Shown piece after piece: positions 1 to 10,640 of a stretch of 64,000 nt of DNA. The translations under genes were made by a program, and so were the position numbers. Within the stretch, counting starts at the first letter, position 1, and each line of letters opens with the position of its first letter. Source of the stretch: Candidatus Thorarchaeota archaeon (GTDB lineage: Archaea > Asgardarchaeota > Thorarchaeia > Thorarchaeales > Thorarchaeaceae); the NCBI GenBank assembly GCA_019057475.1, contig DXJO01000010.1, positions 224,001 to 288,000 of the forward strand, written 5' to 3'. The notes below the pieces were generated by a model, which searched no databases, was not told the DNA's origin, and worked only from the letters and a program-made list of their open reading frames with translations.

Positions 1-1
1 G

Positions 2-880
2 CCTAATCTTGTTCAGACGTGCGAGGACACACCGGCGCTCATCCATATAGGCCCATTCGCAAACATTGCTACTGGCACGAGCTCCATAATCGCGACAGAC
101 ATCGCCCTGAGGCTGTTTGACTATGTCGTGATAGAAGCTGGGTTCGGCGCAGACCTTGGTGCTGAGAAGTTCTTCAACATCGTCACCAGAGCCGGCGAAT
201 TTGGCGTCGACGCCACAGTCCTATTAACGACCATTCGTGCACTCAAGCATCATGGAAAAGGAGACCTCGCCGCAGGATTCCCGAATCTTGAGAAACACAT
301 GGAGAACATCCAGAATTTCGGTGTGCCAGCCATCGTTGCTCTCAATCGTTTCCCAGACGATACTGACAAGGAGATTGCCCTCCTGAAGAAGATGTGCAAG
401 AAACGTGGCTGGAAGATGGAAGTTTCAGAGGTCTTTACCAAGGGCGGCGAAGGTGGAAAAGCACTAGCTTCTGCTGTCATTGAGTCAATAGGCAATGAAA
501 GAAGCGAGATCAAGTACACGTACGACCTTGACGATGATCTGAGGACTAAGATTCTGAAAGTTGCGAAACAAGTGTACGGCGCGGATGGTGTCGATTACAC
601 CACCGGAGGTCGTGGACGTCTACGTTCACTTGAGAAGCGAGGTTATGGAAATTTCCCCGTCTGCATTGCCAAGACTCAATTCAGTCTATCCCATCACAAG
701 TCATTGCGGGGTAGACCAACTGGCTTTGAGATGGAGGTAGTAGGTGCCGATGTCAGTGCTGGAGCTGGCTTTGTAATAGTCTACATGGGTGACGTGCGAC
801 TGATGCCAGGATTACCCGAGGAACCTGCAGCCATTCGAATGAATATCGACGATGATGGAGACATCTTCGGTGTTTCCTAG
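2..880 (+). CDS. fhs: formate--tetrahydrofolate ligase, C-terminal part (5' end outside window)
   Basis: Frame open from nt 2: PNLVQTCEDTPALIHIGPFANIA, EAGFGADLGAEKF, PVCIAKTQFSLS, AGAGF...MPGLP are FTHFS motifs. Confidence 0.97.
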   Translation, partial: PNLVQTCEDTPALIHIGPFANIATGTSSIIATDIALRLFDYVVIEAGFGADLGAEKFFNIVTRAGEFGVDATVLLTTIRALKHHGKGDLAAGFPNLEKHMENIQNFGVPAIVALNRFPDDTDKEIALLKKMCKKRGWKMEVSEVFTKGGEGGKALASAVIESIGNERSEIKYTYDLDDDLRTKILKVAKQVYGADGVDYTTGGRGRLRSLEKRGYGNFPVCIAKTQFSLSHHKSLRGRPTGFEMEVVGADVSAGAGFVIVYMGDVRLMPGLPEEPAAIRMNIDDDGDIFGVS

Positions 881-893
881 GCGGTGACATGTC

Positions 894-1781
894 ATGTCTT
901 CAAAGGAATTCACAAAGGACGAAGTCTTCAAGGATCATGTAATCAGTGGCAGGAAGCTCTCCAAGCACATCAGACGCGAGATCAAAGTGGAAGTAGCGCG
1001 TCTAACTGAACAGCACGGAATCTCGCCAAAGCTTGTCACAATCCTGGTGGGGGCGGATCCGGGCTCGCAGATGTATGTTCGGATGAAACTCAAAGCCTCA
1101 AACAAGGCTGGGATTCTCTCAGAGAATCATGATCTTCCTGAAAAAACGACTCAAGAGGAACTACTGGCTCTGATTCAAAAGTTGAATGCAGATCGTGAGG
1201 TTCACGGGATTCTCGTGCAGCTTCCCCTGCCAAAGCATATTGACGAGAAGGCAATCATCAGTGCCATAAACGCACGCAAGGATGTTGACGGGTTCTCCCC
1301 CGCGAGCATCTATCGGTTGTTTTATGGAGAGGAAGAGCTGAGCTCAGCCACTCCCCAAGGAATCGTGACGATGTTGGACTACCTTGGGATGGATGACCTT
1401 TCCGAAAAACACGCAGTTATCATCAATAGATCCAACATTGTTGGGAAGCCTCTCATTATGCTTCTTCTAAATCGCAATGCTACTGTGACGGTCTGCCACT
1501 CACGAACCGCAGATCTTGCTTCATTCACGCGACAGGCTGACGTGTTAGTGACTGCCATCGGTAGGCGGAAATCGGAGAAGGACCCCTTTTACATCACGTC
1601 GGACATGGTCAAAGAGGGTGCAGTAGTCATTGATGTGGCTACCCCGCATGGCGATGTCGATTTCGAGAATGTGAAGGAGAAGGCTCTCTGGGTGACGCCT
1701 GTTCCTGGCGGAGTTGGCCCAATGACAATCACAATGCTTCTGAAGAATGTAGTCGCAGCCTACACCACTCAGATTTCATAA
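894..1781 (+). CDS. folD: bifunctional methylene-THF dehydrogenase/cyclohydrolase
   Basis: YVRMK, HGILVQLPLP, KDVDGF, RSNIVGKP, TPVPGGVGPMT. Confidence 0.97.
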   Translation: MSSKEFTKDEVFKDHVISGRKLSKHIRREIKVEVARLTEQHGISPKLVTILVGADPGSQMYVRMKLKASNKAGILSENHDLPEKTTQEELLALIQKLNADREVHGILVQLPLPKHIDEKAIISAINARKDVDGFSPASIYRLFYGEEELSSATPQGIVTMLDYLGMDDLSEKHAVIINRSNIVGKPLIMLLLNRNATVTVCHSRTADLASFTRQADVLVTAIGRRKSEKDPFYITSDMVKEGAVVIDVATPHGDVDFENVKEKALWVTPVPGGVGPMTITMLLKNVVAAYTTQIS

Positions 1782-1862
1782 GCTTCTCAATCGGAGCGAA
1801 TAGAAACCACACTCCCAAACGCTTTTGTAGAAGGCCGCTCCGTGCGGGCCGCGGTGACTCAT

Positions 1863-3425
1863 ATGAAGATTGTCGAATGCGTGCCCAACTTCTCTGAAGG
1901 CAGGCGCAAAGACGTGATAGACGCCCTTGAAGGGGCAATACGAAGCGTTGAAGGCGTTAGACTTCTGGACATCGAGTTCGATCCAGATCACAATCGGTCA
2001 GTCTTCACTTTCATCGGTGAACCTCAGAAAGTCAAGGAGGCAGCCCTGAAGGCCGCTGACATTGCAGTGGAGAAGATAGACCTCACAAAGCACGATGGGG
2101 CTCATCCCAGAATGGGGGCAGTAGATGTAGTTCCATTCATTCCCCTCCACGGTACGACTATTGGAGAATGCATTGAGCTTTCCAAGCAGTTCGCTGAGGA
2201 GTACTCAAAGAAGCATAACGTACCTGTGTATCTCTATGCCAAGGCAGCAACACGACCCGAGCGTGTCGACCTGCCAAACATCCGAGAGGGCGAGTTTGAA
2301 GGCCTCCGTGAGGTCATTGGCAAAGATTCCGCGAAGGATCCAGACTACGGCCCCAACAAGATTCACAAAACCGCAGGAGCCACCGCGACAGGCGCTAGGA
2401 ACTTCCTAATCGCAATCAACTTCAACTTGAACACGACGAATGTGAAAGTCGCAAAGGCCTGTGCAAATGCAGTACGAGGCACCACAGGTGGTTTCGTAAA
2501 CGTACAAGGCATAGGACTGGATTTGCCTGACAAGGGTATGGTGCAGGTTTCATTGAATCTGACCCATCCGAAACGGACCAAGATTCACCAGGTTCTGGAA
2601 GTCGTAAGAAACGAAGCAAGGCGTTTTGGTGCTACTGTAGTTGAAACCGAAATAGTGGGCATGGTCCCGCTGTTTGCCCTGCTTGATGCGCTGAAATACT
2701 ACCTCCAGCCCGAGAAACTCGACGAATCCATGATTCTTGACCTACACTATCTTGGTGGAGCGGAGGGTCCAAAGGAGAAGACCTTCTCTGAGATGACTCT
2801 CATCGAGTTCGGAAACCAAATTAGAAGAGCACGTGCCACACCCGGAGGAGGAAGTGTTGCAGCTGCCTTGGGCTCGTATGGCTCTGCTCTGGTTTGTATG
2901 GTGACCGGTCTCTCTCTCAGTGGTCGCAGGTTTGCTGCGATTAAGGAGGAGATGCTCAAAGTCCGACATGCAGTGGAAAACGACCGTGGAGTACTCATGG
3001 GTCTTGTCGAAGAGGATTCCGTGGCATTTGATGAGGTTATGAATACCTTCAAGATGCCCGAGGATACCCCTGCAGAGAAAAAACAGAAAGCAAAAGCAGT
3101 TCAGGCAACAACCAAGGGCGCGGCTGAGGTCCCACTGCAGACAATGCGTCATTCTTTCAAGGCACTTGAGGGAGCGAAAATAGCCGCTGAGAAGGGGAAC
3201 ATCAACACAATCACTGATGCTGGCATGGCCGCACTGTCATTGCTCGCAGCCATTGAGGGTGCTGCTCTAAACGTGAAGGTCAATCTTGGCAATATCACCG
3301 ACAAGGACTTCGCGAAGAAGATGGGTGATGAAGTTGAGGACCTGTTAACGAAGGGCCGCGCACTCAAGGAAGAGATTATGGTTATTGTCGAAGATAGGAT
3401 GAAGCAGCTCGCCGAGAGTTCATGA
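1863..3425 (+). CDS. ftcD: fused glutamate formiminotransferase / formimino-THF cyclodeaminase
   Basis: MKIVECVPNFSEGR, DPDHNRSV, HPRMGAVDVVPF, then cyclodeaminase domain ATPGGGSVAA...GAALNVKVNL; start set at ATG 1863. Confidence 0.95.
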   Translation: MKIVECVPNFSEGRRKDVIDALEGAIRSVEGVRLLDIEFDPDHNRSVFTFIGEPQKVKEAALKAADIAVEKIDLTKHDGAHPRMGAVDVVPFIPLHGTTIGECIELSKQFAEEYSKKHNVPVYLYAKAATRPERVDLPNIREGEFEGLREVIGKDSAKDPDYGPNKIHKTAGATATGARNFLIAINFNLNTTNVKVAKACANAVRGTTGGFVNVQGIGLDLPDKGMVQVSLNLTHPKRTKIHQVLEVVRNEARRFGATVVETEIVGMVPLFALLDALKYYLQPEKLDESMILDLHYLGGAEGPKEKTFSEMTLIEFGNQIRRARATPGGGSVAAALGSYGSALVCMVTGLSLSGRRFAAIKEEMLKVRHAVENDRGVLMGLVEEDSVAFDEVMNTFKMPEDTPAEKKQKAKAVQATTKGAAEVPLQTMRHSFKALEGAKIAAEKGNINTITDAGMAALSLLAAIEGAALNVKVNLGNITDKDFAKKMGDEVEDLLTKGRALKEEIMVIVEDRMKQLAESS

Positions 3426-3426
3426 C

Positions 3427-4515
3427 TCACTCCCTTAGGATGGTCAGGGATGCTCCTTGGCCTATCCTTGTGAGAAAAGGTATACCCCCAGTGTTTCTAA
3501 TCGCTTCAGAAACTTTCTCTTCATTGCCCGGCGCGAACGCCAGAATCGTACCCCCGCCACCGCTGCCGTTTATCTTGCAACCCAATGCACCAGCCTTGGT
3601 AGCCGCGCGGATTATCCTTTCAATCTTGGGGGTTGATCGTTCGAAACCATCTCTCAGTAGGGTGTGGTGTTCATCCAACATTGCGCCAATGATTTCCGGG
3701 TCTGGGCGCTTGCTTTTCAGGATGTCTAGAGCTCGGCTTGTGAGGTCTCTATTACGAATGGTGGTTTCTGTGATGACCCTGCAATGCTTTGGGATTTTAT
3801 CCAGATGCTCCTGAACCTCGATGAGGGGGGTCTCTCTATGGTCGAAATTATCAATCTGTGATGCTAGGTGTTGATAGCCCTCTTCCACTGTCAGTCGTAT
3901 CTTTCTCAGGTCTCCGACTGTGTCTTGCTTTTTCTCTTGGGAGTCCCCTATGACAATGCCCTCAAGGCGCGCATCAAGCCTAGTCAGTCGGTCGTTATGT
4001 CCACAGTCAACGTGAATGATTCCTCCCATGACTGATGCGAAGTGATCCATCATGCCCCCACTCTCTCCGAACTCGGTGACCTCAGCATCAAACGCCAGTT
4101 GGACGCATTCTTCCTCCTCTAGTGTAGATTCCGCTATCTGCGCAACAGTCATTACTGATGCAACGGATAGGGCTGAGGAACTCGAGAGACCTGCGGCTAA
4201 GGGGATATCGCCACTTACTCTAAGGTCAGCACCAAGTGAAGGCCGGATATTCCTTCGCGAAAGGACATTGAACGCGCTCCGAAGGTAGTCCCGTCTATTT
4301 TGGTAAGTGATGTCAGTATCAAGCTGGAACGAGTCTGTCGTTCCCAAATCGACATAGTTCACTTTAATCGACTTGTCATCTCGTGGCGAAGAGTAAATCT
4401 CAATTGTCTTATCTATCGCCGCAGGAATCACGGGTAGGCCAAGGTAATCACTATGCTCACCGAAAAGGCAGATGCGCCCGGGTGCTAGCACACGAAATGG
4501 TCTCCTAATGGCCAT
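3427..4515 (-). CDS. galactokinase-like GHMP kinase
   Basis: APGRICLFGEHSDY, PLAAGLSSSSA, GGMMDH, KINGSGGGG. Confidence 0.88.
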   Translation of the reverse strand: MAIRRPFRVLAPGRICLFGEHSDYLGLPVIPAAIDKTIEIYSSPRDDKSIKVNYVDLGTTDSFQLDTDITYQNRRDYLRSAFNVLSRRNIRPSLGADLRVSGDIPLAAGLSSSSALSVASVMTVAQIAESTLEEEECVQLAFDAEVTEFGESGGMMDHFASVMGGIIHVDCGHNDRLTRLDARLEGIVIGDSQEKKQDTVGDLRKIRLTVEEGYQHLASQIDNFDHRETPLIEVQEHLDKIPKHCRVITETTIRNRDLTSRALDILKSKRPDPEIIGAMLDEHHTLLRDGFERSTPKIERIIRAATKAGALGCKINGSGGGGTILAFAPGNEEKVSEAIRNTGGIPFLTRIGQGASLTILRE

Positions 4516-4593
4516 CCAATCTCATCCCGCATTCATGGAGAACGACATCTCGCAGTAAGAAGGTTCCGCCTTGTTCAACGCAACAATCACCCC

Positions 4594-5571
4594 TCATTCC
4601 ATAGATTTGACCCACACATACTGTTTCTTCTCAAGGTTGAAACCAAGGCGGCGATAGATTCGGATGGCTTCTACTTGTGTCATGCCGGAGTCCGCCAAAG
4701 CCATTGGGATTCCATATGCCTTCATCCCCTTCAGCAGTCCATAAAGGAGCGCGGTGCCGATGCCTCTCCCTCGATTTTCTGGCAGCACCCCTCCGATGCC
4801 AATCCTCGGACTTCCTAGTGTAAGGTCCGCGACACCTACTACATCGCCATTGAGTTCAGCAACGAGTACATCATGGCCAAAGGTGCCGCTGATATAGTCA
4901 GTCGTCCACTTCAAAGCCGAACACTCTTCACACCACCATACATTGCGCCTGTGAATTTCTGCAATCGAGTTGATGTCATCGGGTCTTGCCTTTCTTACCC
5001 TCACATTGGAGTTGAGTTTGATGTTTGACAGTTGTTTTGTCAAGTCAAGGGTCGCGTATACTGAGCTGTTGAAAAGCGGTCGATCCTCGGAATACTCTGG
5101 GTCCATGAAGACATCTGGCTGTGAAAAGCCAAAACTCTCGAACAATTTCTTTGCAGATATATTGTCACTGTGCGAAAGCGCTGCCGCATAGAGTAATCCT
5201 TGGCGAAGGCATTCATCGAGTACCGTCTGCAGGAGTCCGGATGCGACTCCCATCCGTTGAGATGACGATGCAACGGCAATACGACTCTCACCTAGATTCC
5301 AATCAGTTGGAACGATGTATAGAGTAGGAATCTCCTTTTTCCCCTTCTCTATGTTCACTCTCGTGTGAGCATACCCCACAGACGAGCTCCCAACGTCAGC
5401 CAGCCATATATTGTCTTTTTCTGTTTCGAGCCAATCCCCTATCTCTTCCACAGTGGCGTGATGAAATTTGTAGGATTCTCCGAGTGCCCTTATGCGTTCG
5501 TTGAAGGCTTCATTATGAAGTCTGCAGACTACTTCCTCATCTCCTGACGTGAATTGCCTGATTTTCATCAA
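4594..5571 (-). CDS. tandem-domain GNAT acetyltransferase
   Basis: Two acetyl-CoA motifs (QRMGVASGLL; NRGRGIGTALL), each followed by an AxxxY/FxxxGF motif. Confidence 0.88.
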   Translation of the reverse strand: MMKIRQFTSGDEEVVCRLHNEAFNERIRALGESYKFHHATVEEIGDWLETEKDNIWLADVGSSSVGYAHTRVNIEKGKKEIPTLYIVPTDWNLGESRIAVASSSQRMGVASGLLQTVLDECLRQGLLYAAALSHSDNISAKKLFESFGFSQPDVFMDPEYSEDRPLFNSSVYATLDLTKQLSNIKLNSNVRVRKARPDDINSIAEIHRRNVWWCEECSALKWTTDYISGTFGHDVLVAELNGDVVGVADLTLGSPRIGIGGVLPENRGRGIGTALLYGLLKGMKAYGIPMALADSGMTQVEAIRIYRRLGFNLEKKQYVWVKSME

Positions 5572-5653
5572 GATGGAATTACAGTACCGCCTTATTTTGG
5601 TCTCCTTGGTTCGGAAAATTCCTGAATAGCATCTAAACTACGTGCGGAATTCT

Positions 5654-6748
5654 TCACTTCGGTCCCAGCGCCATCCTAATGGCTGTGTTGAAGTCTTCAG
5701 GAGTTATGAGTGGGGACTCGATCTTGAGGTCCTTGTAGGCTTTTTCGATTCTTGGAAGGATTTCTTCCTCGGTTGTCTTCACCCCAATAAGAGCCTTCTC
5801 GAGTCCAGAGATCGCGTCGCTTGGCAACATGAAGAAGTCGCCACTGATGACAATCTCATGGATTCGATCTTCAACTTCCTCCACAGTGATCCTGATGAGA
5901 CCTCCTTCTGCCTTGTAGCTAGCAGTTCCAATCTGTGTGGTGGCCGAGATTCGCACTGTTCTGGCATCGAGTCTGCCACGTCGTCTCCAGTGCAACCATT
6001 CGTCAGAGAGGTACCTACCCCTCATCCGAGCCATGCGACTCTTCTCCCAATCTGATAGATGTCCCAGCTTGAGCTCTATGTCAAGGGTTTCCTCGTACAG
6101 TCGCACAAGGTCCTTTTTGACTTCGTCGCGGTCTGGAATTCCCCCTGTTTCGAGCAGGATTGTGCTCATCCTCTCTCTCAAGCTCTTTGCAATCTTGTCC
6201 CTGAATTTTTCGTCTGGCACTCTCAGCACCTTCACCATCATATCGAAGTTGAAGTCGAAGATTAGATTTCCAGTCAGGATTCTTGCGTCACCGACATCAC
6301 CCGCTCCGTTTCCAGAAACCTTCTTGCCTCCAGCTTGAATGTCGTTGACAGGTTTAAATTCAGCATCGATTCCAAGATTCCTATAGGCTTGGACCGGCGC
6401 CTGCAGGAATTTCCGGTAGTATGCGTCTATGCCCTTGGGTGTTGTTGGACTGTCGATTCTACCTATGAGTTGATAGAACATCTGACCATCGTCAAGGTAG
6501 ACCCCGCCTCCCCCAATCACTCTTCGAGTAACAAAGATATCATTCTTCCGACAGAACTCGAGGTCAATGTCTTTGTCAATCTCTTGGAAGTAACCCAAGC
6601 TAACGAGTGGTTTTGCCGGCCAACAGATAACGAGAGTATTCTCAGATTCGCCCTCAGTTATTCCTTGGGCAATCATGTCGTAAATTGTCTGCGTTTCCAG
6701 CGGGTCAATGGGCCCGAGGTCCAACAGTCGCCAAGTTTCGAGTGTCAT
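5654..6748 (-). CDS. lipoate--protein ligase (catalytic plus C-terminal accessory domain)
   Basis: WRLLDLG, RRVIGGGGVYLD, PVNDIQAGGKKVSGNG, C-terminal KAEGGLIR...ISGDFF; start probably ATG 6748. Confidence 0.92.
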   Translation of the reverse strand: MTLETWRLLDLGPIDPLETQTIYDMIAQGITEGESENTLVICWPAKPLVSLGYFQEIDKDIDLEFCRKNDIFVTRRVIGGGGVYLDDGQMFYQLIGRIDSPTTPKGIDAYYRKFLQAPVQAYRNLGIDAEFKPVNDIQAGGKKVSGNGAGDVGDARILTGNLIFDFNFDMMVKVLRVPDEKFRDKIAKSLRERMSTILLETGGIPDRDEVKKDLVRLYEETLDIELKLGHLSDWEKSRMARMRGRYLSDEWLHWRRRGRLDARTVRISATTQIGTASYKAEGGLIRITVEEVEDRIHEIVISGDFFMLPSDAISGLEKALIGVKTTEEEILPRIEKAYKDLKIESPLITPEDFNTAIRMALGPK

Positions 6749-6890
6749 CGTGATTACTGGTGGAAATCCGCAGAACATAAAATCCTATTTATTCAACCGT
6801 GGCTGCGAATTGAAGAATTGGGCATCAAGCTTCTGTCCCTTTCACTGCCAACAGTTGGACTAACTCTTGATATTTAAATTAACTAGAATT

Positions 6891-8246
6891 CTAAGCTGCA
6901 TATTTCATTCCTTTTATCTTGAAGTATGGAATCAATGCACTATTATCCTGATCTCGAATGGCTTTGCGTTCTTTACTCAAGGCTACAATGTTCTTCAATC
7001 CCTCAAAGAGGTTTCCAGTGATGGATATCTCTTTGAGAGTGCAGACAATCTCACCATTCTTAATCAGCTGACCCCCCTTCACGGGTCCAGTAAAAATGCC
7101 TGAAACAGGATCGGGAAATGCGCTGACACGTGGAATAAGAAGCCCATGATCAACATCAGAGATGATATCATCTAACGACCGCTCTCCAGGTGCAATGTCG
7201 ATATTGGTTGTTGAGATTGTAGGTGATTTTCTAAAATCGCCACTGGCATGTCCAGTTGATGAGAGGCCTTCCCTATTTGCGGCAAATGTATCATAGAGAA
7301 TACCCTTGAAAACACCCTTCTCAATTATGGGATGTCTTTGATGAGGGACACCCTCACGGTCAAAAGAACTACTTCCTGTCAACCCTTCAAGGGTACCATC
7401 ATCCACGATTGTCAAATTAGGTACAGCAATTTCCTCTCCAAGTCTATCAGCTAGATAGCTTGACCCTGATTGAATCTGAGTAGCACTTGCTGCCGTTAAA
7501 ACGATGCTAAGTAACTCAGCCATTGCATCAGGGGTTATTATCGCAGGCCCTTCGAAGCTTTCTGTTTTCTCAGCACCAAGATTTCTAAGAACCTTCTCTG
7601 CATACTTTTTAGCGGTGCCATCGATGTCTACATCTTTGATCCTCACAACTGAATCATACTCGTAATCAAATGAGCCAATGTCATCACCGTCAATTGCCAT
7701 ACCAAAAATGAACCAGTACAAACTAGAGCGTAGATCAAATGATTCGATGCCAGTAGAGGAAACAATTGCAGTTTCCCGTGTACTGACTTCAAAGGATCCC
7801 GCGTCAATAGAGATTCTTTCATCAAATGCTTTAGATGAATCGAGCAAATTCTGACTGTAACCCAATACATCATCCATTGTGAGCTTTTCAATTGCTGAAT
7901 CGTATAACCCAGCTACTTTCGAAACACTCTGGGGATCGGGGAGGGTGTAGTAATCCAAAGAGGGCGTTGTCTTTGCAATGGACACAGCTACTTCGATACC
8001 TTTCTGTATTCGCTCAGCATCAAGGGAATTAACACCTGCGAATCCAAGCGCTTTCTTAATCAGAACACGAATTCCTACACCTTCAAGAATTGATCCAGTA
8101 GCAGACTTGAGAGTGTTGGCCTCAAAATTGACTGACTTGTTACGTATTCTTTGTCCGAACAGCTCAACCTCATCAGCTCCAAGTTTTAATGCCTTCTCTA
8201 CGAATGGCTCAAGCGATTTCAGTACCTCATTCGCCATTTCATGCAC
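6891..8246 (-). CDS. pmbA: TldE/PmbA family protein
   Basis: GVGIRVL, SFDREGVP, STGHA; lacks HExxH; overlaps tldD. Confidence 0.9.
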   Translation of the reverse strand: MHEMANEVLKSLEPFVEKALKLGADEVELFGQRIRNKSVNFEANTLKSATGSILEGVGIRVLIKKALGFAGVNSLDAERIQKGIEVAVSIAKTTPSLDYYTLPDPQSVSKVAGLYDSAIEKLTMDDVLGYSQNLLDSSKAFDERISIDAGSFEVSTRETAIVSSTGIESFDLRSSLYWFIFGMAIDGDDIGSFDYEYDSVVRIKDVDIDGTAKKYAEKVLRNLGAEKTESFEGPAIITPDAMAELLSIVLTAASATQIQSGSSYLADRLGEEIAVPNLTIVDDGTLEGLTGSSSFDREGVPHQRHPIIEKGVFKGILYDTFAANREGLSSTGHASGDFRKSPTISTTNIDIAPGERSLDDIISDVDHGLLIPRVSAFPDPVSGIFTGPVKGGQLIKNGEIVCTLKEISITGNLFEGLKNIVALSKERKAIRDQDNSALIPYFKIKGMKYAA

Positions 8247-9627
8247 CTCCTACATCACCTGAAACCAATGCTATAGCACGTGTGGTTCCACCACCACCAT
8301 CAACCTTAGCAAGTTGACCCTTGCCACAATGTCCGGCACCCATATCTAATCGCCATTCTTTGCTGATTGCATCTACAGACCTGAGAACATCAAAGGCATT
8401 TCCTGTGAGTGAGAGACTTCGAACAGGTTGTCCAATCTCACCATTCACAATTTCAAGTGCCTCGGTCATTTCAAACATAAACTCTGCACTACTATCAGCT
8501 TGACCTCCACCAGCTCGTCTGCACAAGTAACCAAACTTGATCCCTTCAAGTAATTCCTCTTCTGAGAAATCTCCAGGCTCTAGGTATGTGTTTCTCATCC
8601 GAATAAGTGGTTCAACATCATACTCAAAGGCACGCTCATTACCAGTGGGGGCGACACCAAAATGATGGGCTGAATGCCTACTATGGAGATAGGACTTTAA
8701 AACCCCCTTCTCGATAATCACTGTCTTTTCTGCTTTCACACCAGCATCATCTACAGCTAGCCAACCTGCTGCATAATCCTGTTCACCTGAGTCAACCATA
8801 GTAACCTGTTCATTTGCGACGTGCGTTCCAATCTTTCCTTTGGCAGCACTTCCTGACATAACAAAGTCGCTCTCTACAGTATGACCAATTGCCTCATGGC
8901 AGATGATTCCAACTACTTCGGGCTCCATCACAACGGTGTGTTTTCCACCCTTTGGAAATGGTGCATCTAGTAGCTTTACAGCATAGTCCGCAACAAATTC
9001 AGCCATTTCTAAGGGATTCTTCTGTTCAAAGATCTCCCATCCACCAGTTATCCCATAGGTCGACCAGCTTGGTACAATCTTGCCTGCTTCCGCAGCAACA
9101 GCACGGAGGATTATACTTGGTCTGCTATCGAACAATTCTACGCTAGTACCATCTGAGTTCATTATGATGCGATGGTTTCTTGGTTCGCGCACCCAAGAGT
9201 CAGACCCACTTATTTTGTCATCATAATTGGTGATAATCGAGTCAAGCTCTTTTACCAGACCAACTATCTCTTCCATATCATGATTTTCAAAGGGATCTTT
9301 TCCAACCGACTTGAATGTCCCTTTGACTGGCTTTATCGGGGCAATCTCGATTTTATTTTTCATACTCCTTGCTAGATTTCTTGCAGCAGTGACCGCGTTT
9401 TCTAGGGTTTCATCCACAGCAGTCCTATCTAGTTTGCTTGTACTAGCATAGCCCCATGCACCATCTGCAAGAACACGAATTCCAATCCCTGCAAAATCAT
9501 CGACAACAGCCATTTCTAGCTGACCCTTTTTCATACGAACTTGAGTATACAGCCTCTGATGGTAACGTGCTTCTACATGAACACCTTCTGGACCATTGTC
9601 AATAGCTCTTTGTACTAAATCCTTCAA
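8239..9627 (-). CDS. tldD: TldD metalloprotease
   Basis: HEAIGH zinc motif, PTGNERA, RMRNTY, GHCGKGQ; TTG start after GGAGG. Confidence 0.95.
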   Translation of the reverse strand: MKDLVQRAIDNGPEGVHVEARYHQRLYTQVRMKKGQLEMAVVDDFAGIGIRVLADGAWGYASTSKLDRTAVDETLENAVTAARNLARSMKNKIEIAPIKPVKGTFKSVGKDPFENHDMEEIVGLVKELDSIITNYDDKISGSDSWVREPRNHRIIMNSDGTSVELFDSRPSIILRAVAAEAGKIVPSWSTYGITGGWEIFEQKNPLEMAEFVADYAVKLLDAPFPKGGKHTVVMEPEVVGIICHEAIGHTVESDFVMSGSAAKGKIGTHVANEQVTMVDSGEQDYAAGWLAVDDAGVKAEKTVIIEKGVLKSYLHSRHSAHHFGVAPTGNERAFEYDVEPLIRMRNTYLEPGDFSEEELLEGIKFGYLCRRAGGGQADSSAEFMFEMTEALEIVNGEIGQPVRSLSLTGNAFDVLRSVDAISKEWRLDMGAGHCGKGQLAKVDGGGGTTRAIALVSGDVGGA

Positions 9628-9866
9628 AATTATCTTCCTCCGGCAGAAAAATCGATCCGTGCCTGAAAATTGTGACTGCTACTTAAAAGTAAATCCAAAA
9701 GTATCGTGGCCTCTTGGATTGCATGAGCATAGAGTAATTCTCCTTGGTATTGAACTATCTCCGCAACTCTCTGACCACGTTGGAGTTCTCCTTGGAAAAC
9801 ATCAATACTGTGGTCAACCACGCCTAGATACTAAGGCATAAATCGTCAGTATCGACGAAAGAGAGC

Positions 9867-10640
9867 TTGATTTCAATGATTGAGGCTATGGAGCTTACAA
9901 AGGTCTTCAACGAATTCATTGCCGTGAGGAATCTGTCCTTTCAGGTCAATCCTGGAGAGATCTACGGTCTTCTTGGGCCCAACGGATCTGGGAAGACTAC
10001 GACCATGCGAATGCTCCTTGGACTTTTGCAACCCACTGCTGGCAGTGCTAGAATATCCGGCCATGACATTCGAGAGGAGATAGTCGCTGCGAAGCGCGTG
10101 ATGGGTTATGTCCCCGAGGAGCCAGTACTTCCTGAACGGCTAACTGGTTGGGAGTACATCCACTACATCAGCGATATCTGGCGAGTGCCGAGAAGTCCAG
10201 AACGTGAGGATGACATTCAGGAGCTTATGAATCTTCTCGACATCAGTGATGCCAGCGATGATCTCATAGAAACCTACTCGAAGGGAATGTCACGTAAGAT
10301 TAGTCTGGTAGCAGCACTGATACACAAACCGACAGTGCTCATCCTTGATGAGCTGCAAGCGGGAATAGATCCTCGTGGAGCTGCCACAATGAAGGAGATT
10401 CTGAATGGCTTGCGAGAGCGGGGCGCGACAATCCTGATGTCAACCCATATCCTTGAGATTGCAGAGCGGATGTGCGACCGAATAGGAATCATCGACGAGG
10501 GGGAACTGATTGCAGAGGGGACCATGGAGGAGCTTAGGACGAAAGCCAAAGGTCAGAGTTCCTTGGAAGAGATATTTCTCTCTCTAACAGGAGGTCCCGA
10601 TATGCAGCTAATCGCACAGTACCTGGGTGAATCGGCTTGA
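9867..10640 (+). CDS. ABC exporter ATP-binding subunit
   Basis: GPNGSGKTT, YSKGM, LILDE, STH. Confidence 0.95.
   Translation: MISMIEAMELTKVFNEFIAVRNLSFQVNPGEIYGLLGPNGSGKTTTMRMLLGLLQPTAGSARISGHDIREEIVAAKRVMGYVPEEPVLPERLTGWEYIHYISDIWRVPRSPEREDDIQELMNLLDISDASDDLIETYSKGMSRKISLVAALIHKPTVLILDELQAGIDPRGAATMKEILNGLRERGATILMSTHILEIAERMCDRIGIIDEGELIAEGTMEELRTKAKGQSSLEEIFLSLTGGPDMQLIAQYLGESA

Noticed and set aside
1833-1856. GC-rich imperfect hairpin between folD and ftcD as a riboswitch or ncRNA
   Set aside because: Short and imperfect; no recognisable THF or other riboswitch consensus
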